Assembly (NCBI GenBank): GCA_002298785.1
Contig: DBMR01000059.1
Span: forward strand, 123,094-187,093
Direction: 5' to 3'
DNA length: 64,000 bases
DNA from: Verrucomicrobia subdivision 3 bacterium UBA693
GTDB taxonomy: Bacteria > Verrucomicrobiota > Verrucomicrobiia > Limisphaerales > UBA8199
In this document: positions 63,438 to 64,000 of the stretch, in pieces
How positions within the stretch are numbered: position 1 is the first letter of the stretch
Layout: every line of letters starts with the position of its first letter
Position numbers and translations under genes: made by a program
Notes under the pieces: model-generated
Told to the model about the DNA's origin: nothing
The model's input: the letters and a program-made list of their open reading frames with translations, nothing else
Database searches by the model: none

Positions 63438-64000
63438 TTAATCCGGCATGCGATTAAGGACCTTGCGCGGCCAGGTCAGGTGGACCGTCCTGGCGCTGTT
63501 GTTGTTGTGGGTGCCTTGTGCGAGGAGTGGCAGCCTGGCAGATTTGGCACGCCCCCAGGAGGGGCGGAGCCAGCGGGCCAGTTCCACCCATCGCGCCGGG
63601 GCTGATGGGCGCTACGATCCCAAAGCCAAGCCTAAAGGCGATCTCGACGAGGCCAGCAATTCAGATAATCAAACTGTTCCCCCGGGAAGCACTAAAGTCC
63701 TGATGGACGTGGAAGGGCCGGGAGCGATCACCCATATCTGGATGACTTTCCTCGGGCCGGAGCCCCAGGCTTGGGCCAAGAACGGGTCGGCCAATCACCA
63801 GGAGATGCTGCTGCGGATCTACTGGGACGGCCGCGCCCGTCCTGGAGTTGAGGCCCCGGTGGGAGATTTTTTCGCGAACTCGTTCGGCGAGCGCAGCGAA
63901 GTTATCAGCCAGCCCGTCGTGGTGGAGGACGCCGATTCCTACAATTGCTTTTGGCGCATGCCGTTCAGGAAATCGGCGCGGGTCGAGATCGTTAATCAAA
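63438..64000 (+). CDS. secreted DUF2961-like protein, 3' end beyond window. Not in the ORF track; I translated it by hand.
   Basis: Hand translation from the ATG at 63438: MRLRTLRGQVRWTVLALLLLWVPCARS.. (signal peptide) ..GSTKVLMDVEGPGAITHIWMTFLGPEP..LLRIYWDGRARPGVEAPVGDFFAN... The open frame runs to the window end. The GPGxITHIW block resembles DUF2961 proteins. Confidence 0.5.

Noticed and set aside
1-64000. Scan for a mobile element, prophage, genomic island or CRISPR array
   Set aside because: No integrase, transposase, recombinase, Cas genes or regularly spaced short repeats were seen. The two tRNAs are not flanked by direct repeats or island-like content. The only strong compositional anomaly is the 236-bp AT-rich promoter island at 60644-60879.

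Overview
This 64-kb window is high-GC (roughly 58-60%) and gene-dense on both strands. It holds about 42 protein-coding genes and two tRNAs, tRNA-Ala(CGC) and tRNA-Pro(TGG). I found no rRNA, CRISPR array, transposase, integrase or phage genes. All protein calls come from reading motifs in the supplied translations by eye. Two genes run off the window edges and are absent from the ORF track; I translated them by hand. They are an L,D-transpeptidase at the 5' edge and a DUF2961-like protein at the 3' edge.

The gene content suggests a Verrucomicrobiota or other PVC-superphylum chromosome; this is inference only. The signals are TAT-signal Gfo/Idh/MocA, aldo/keto-reductase and GH125 proteins, giant lamin-tail/CotH and LamG-repeat proteins, a GldA/F/G-like ABC module with a DUF4340 partner, and DUF4339 and DUF5069 proteins.

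The main blocks are:
- a secreted-hydrolase set (BSP-family HExxH peptidase, AXE1-like esterase, M28 peptidase, GH43);
- an alpha-mannoside utilisation cluster (GH125, FucP-like MFS permease, GH92) next to dnaG;
- ispH and dgt;
- a czcCBA-type RND efflux operon;
- gdhA;
- an NfeD, flotillin and beta-carbonic-anhydrase-like operon;
- LD-carboxypeptidase and an MFS transporter;
- htrA followed by an OmpR-type regulator and a CusS/BaeS-like kinase;
- a DUF5069 protein co-operonic with an aromatic-amino-acid decarboxylase;
- an ABC ATPase, ABC-2 permease, GldG-like and DUF4340 module;
- homoserine dehydrogenase.

The most unusual region is 47.3-60.9 kb. It carries two adjacent, co-oriented giant secreted proteins. 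One is 2428 aa: PA14, carbohydrate-binding-like and Ig-like domains, six lamin-tail domains and a CotH kinase-like core. The other is 1944 aa: five LamG-like jelly-roll domains, four of them in tandem ~1-kb Ig+LamG modules that are repeated at the nucleotide level. The two proteins share a similar ~55-66-aa C-terminal tail ending in an aromatic-aromatic-R-L-basic motif. A clear rho-independent terminator lies between them. An unusually AT-rich 236-bp upstream island contains a TTGACA-N17 promoter-like element.
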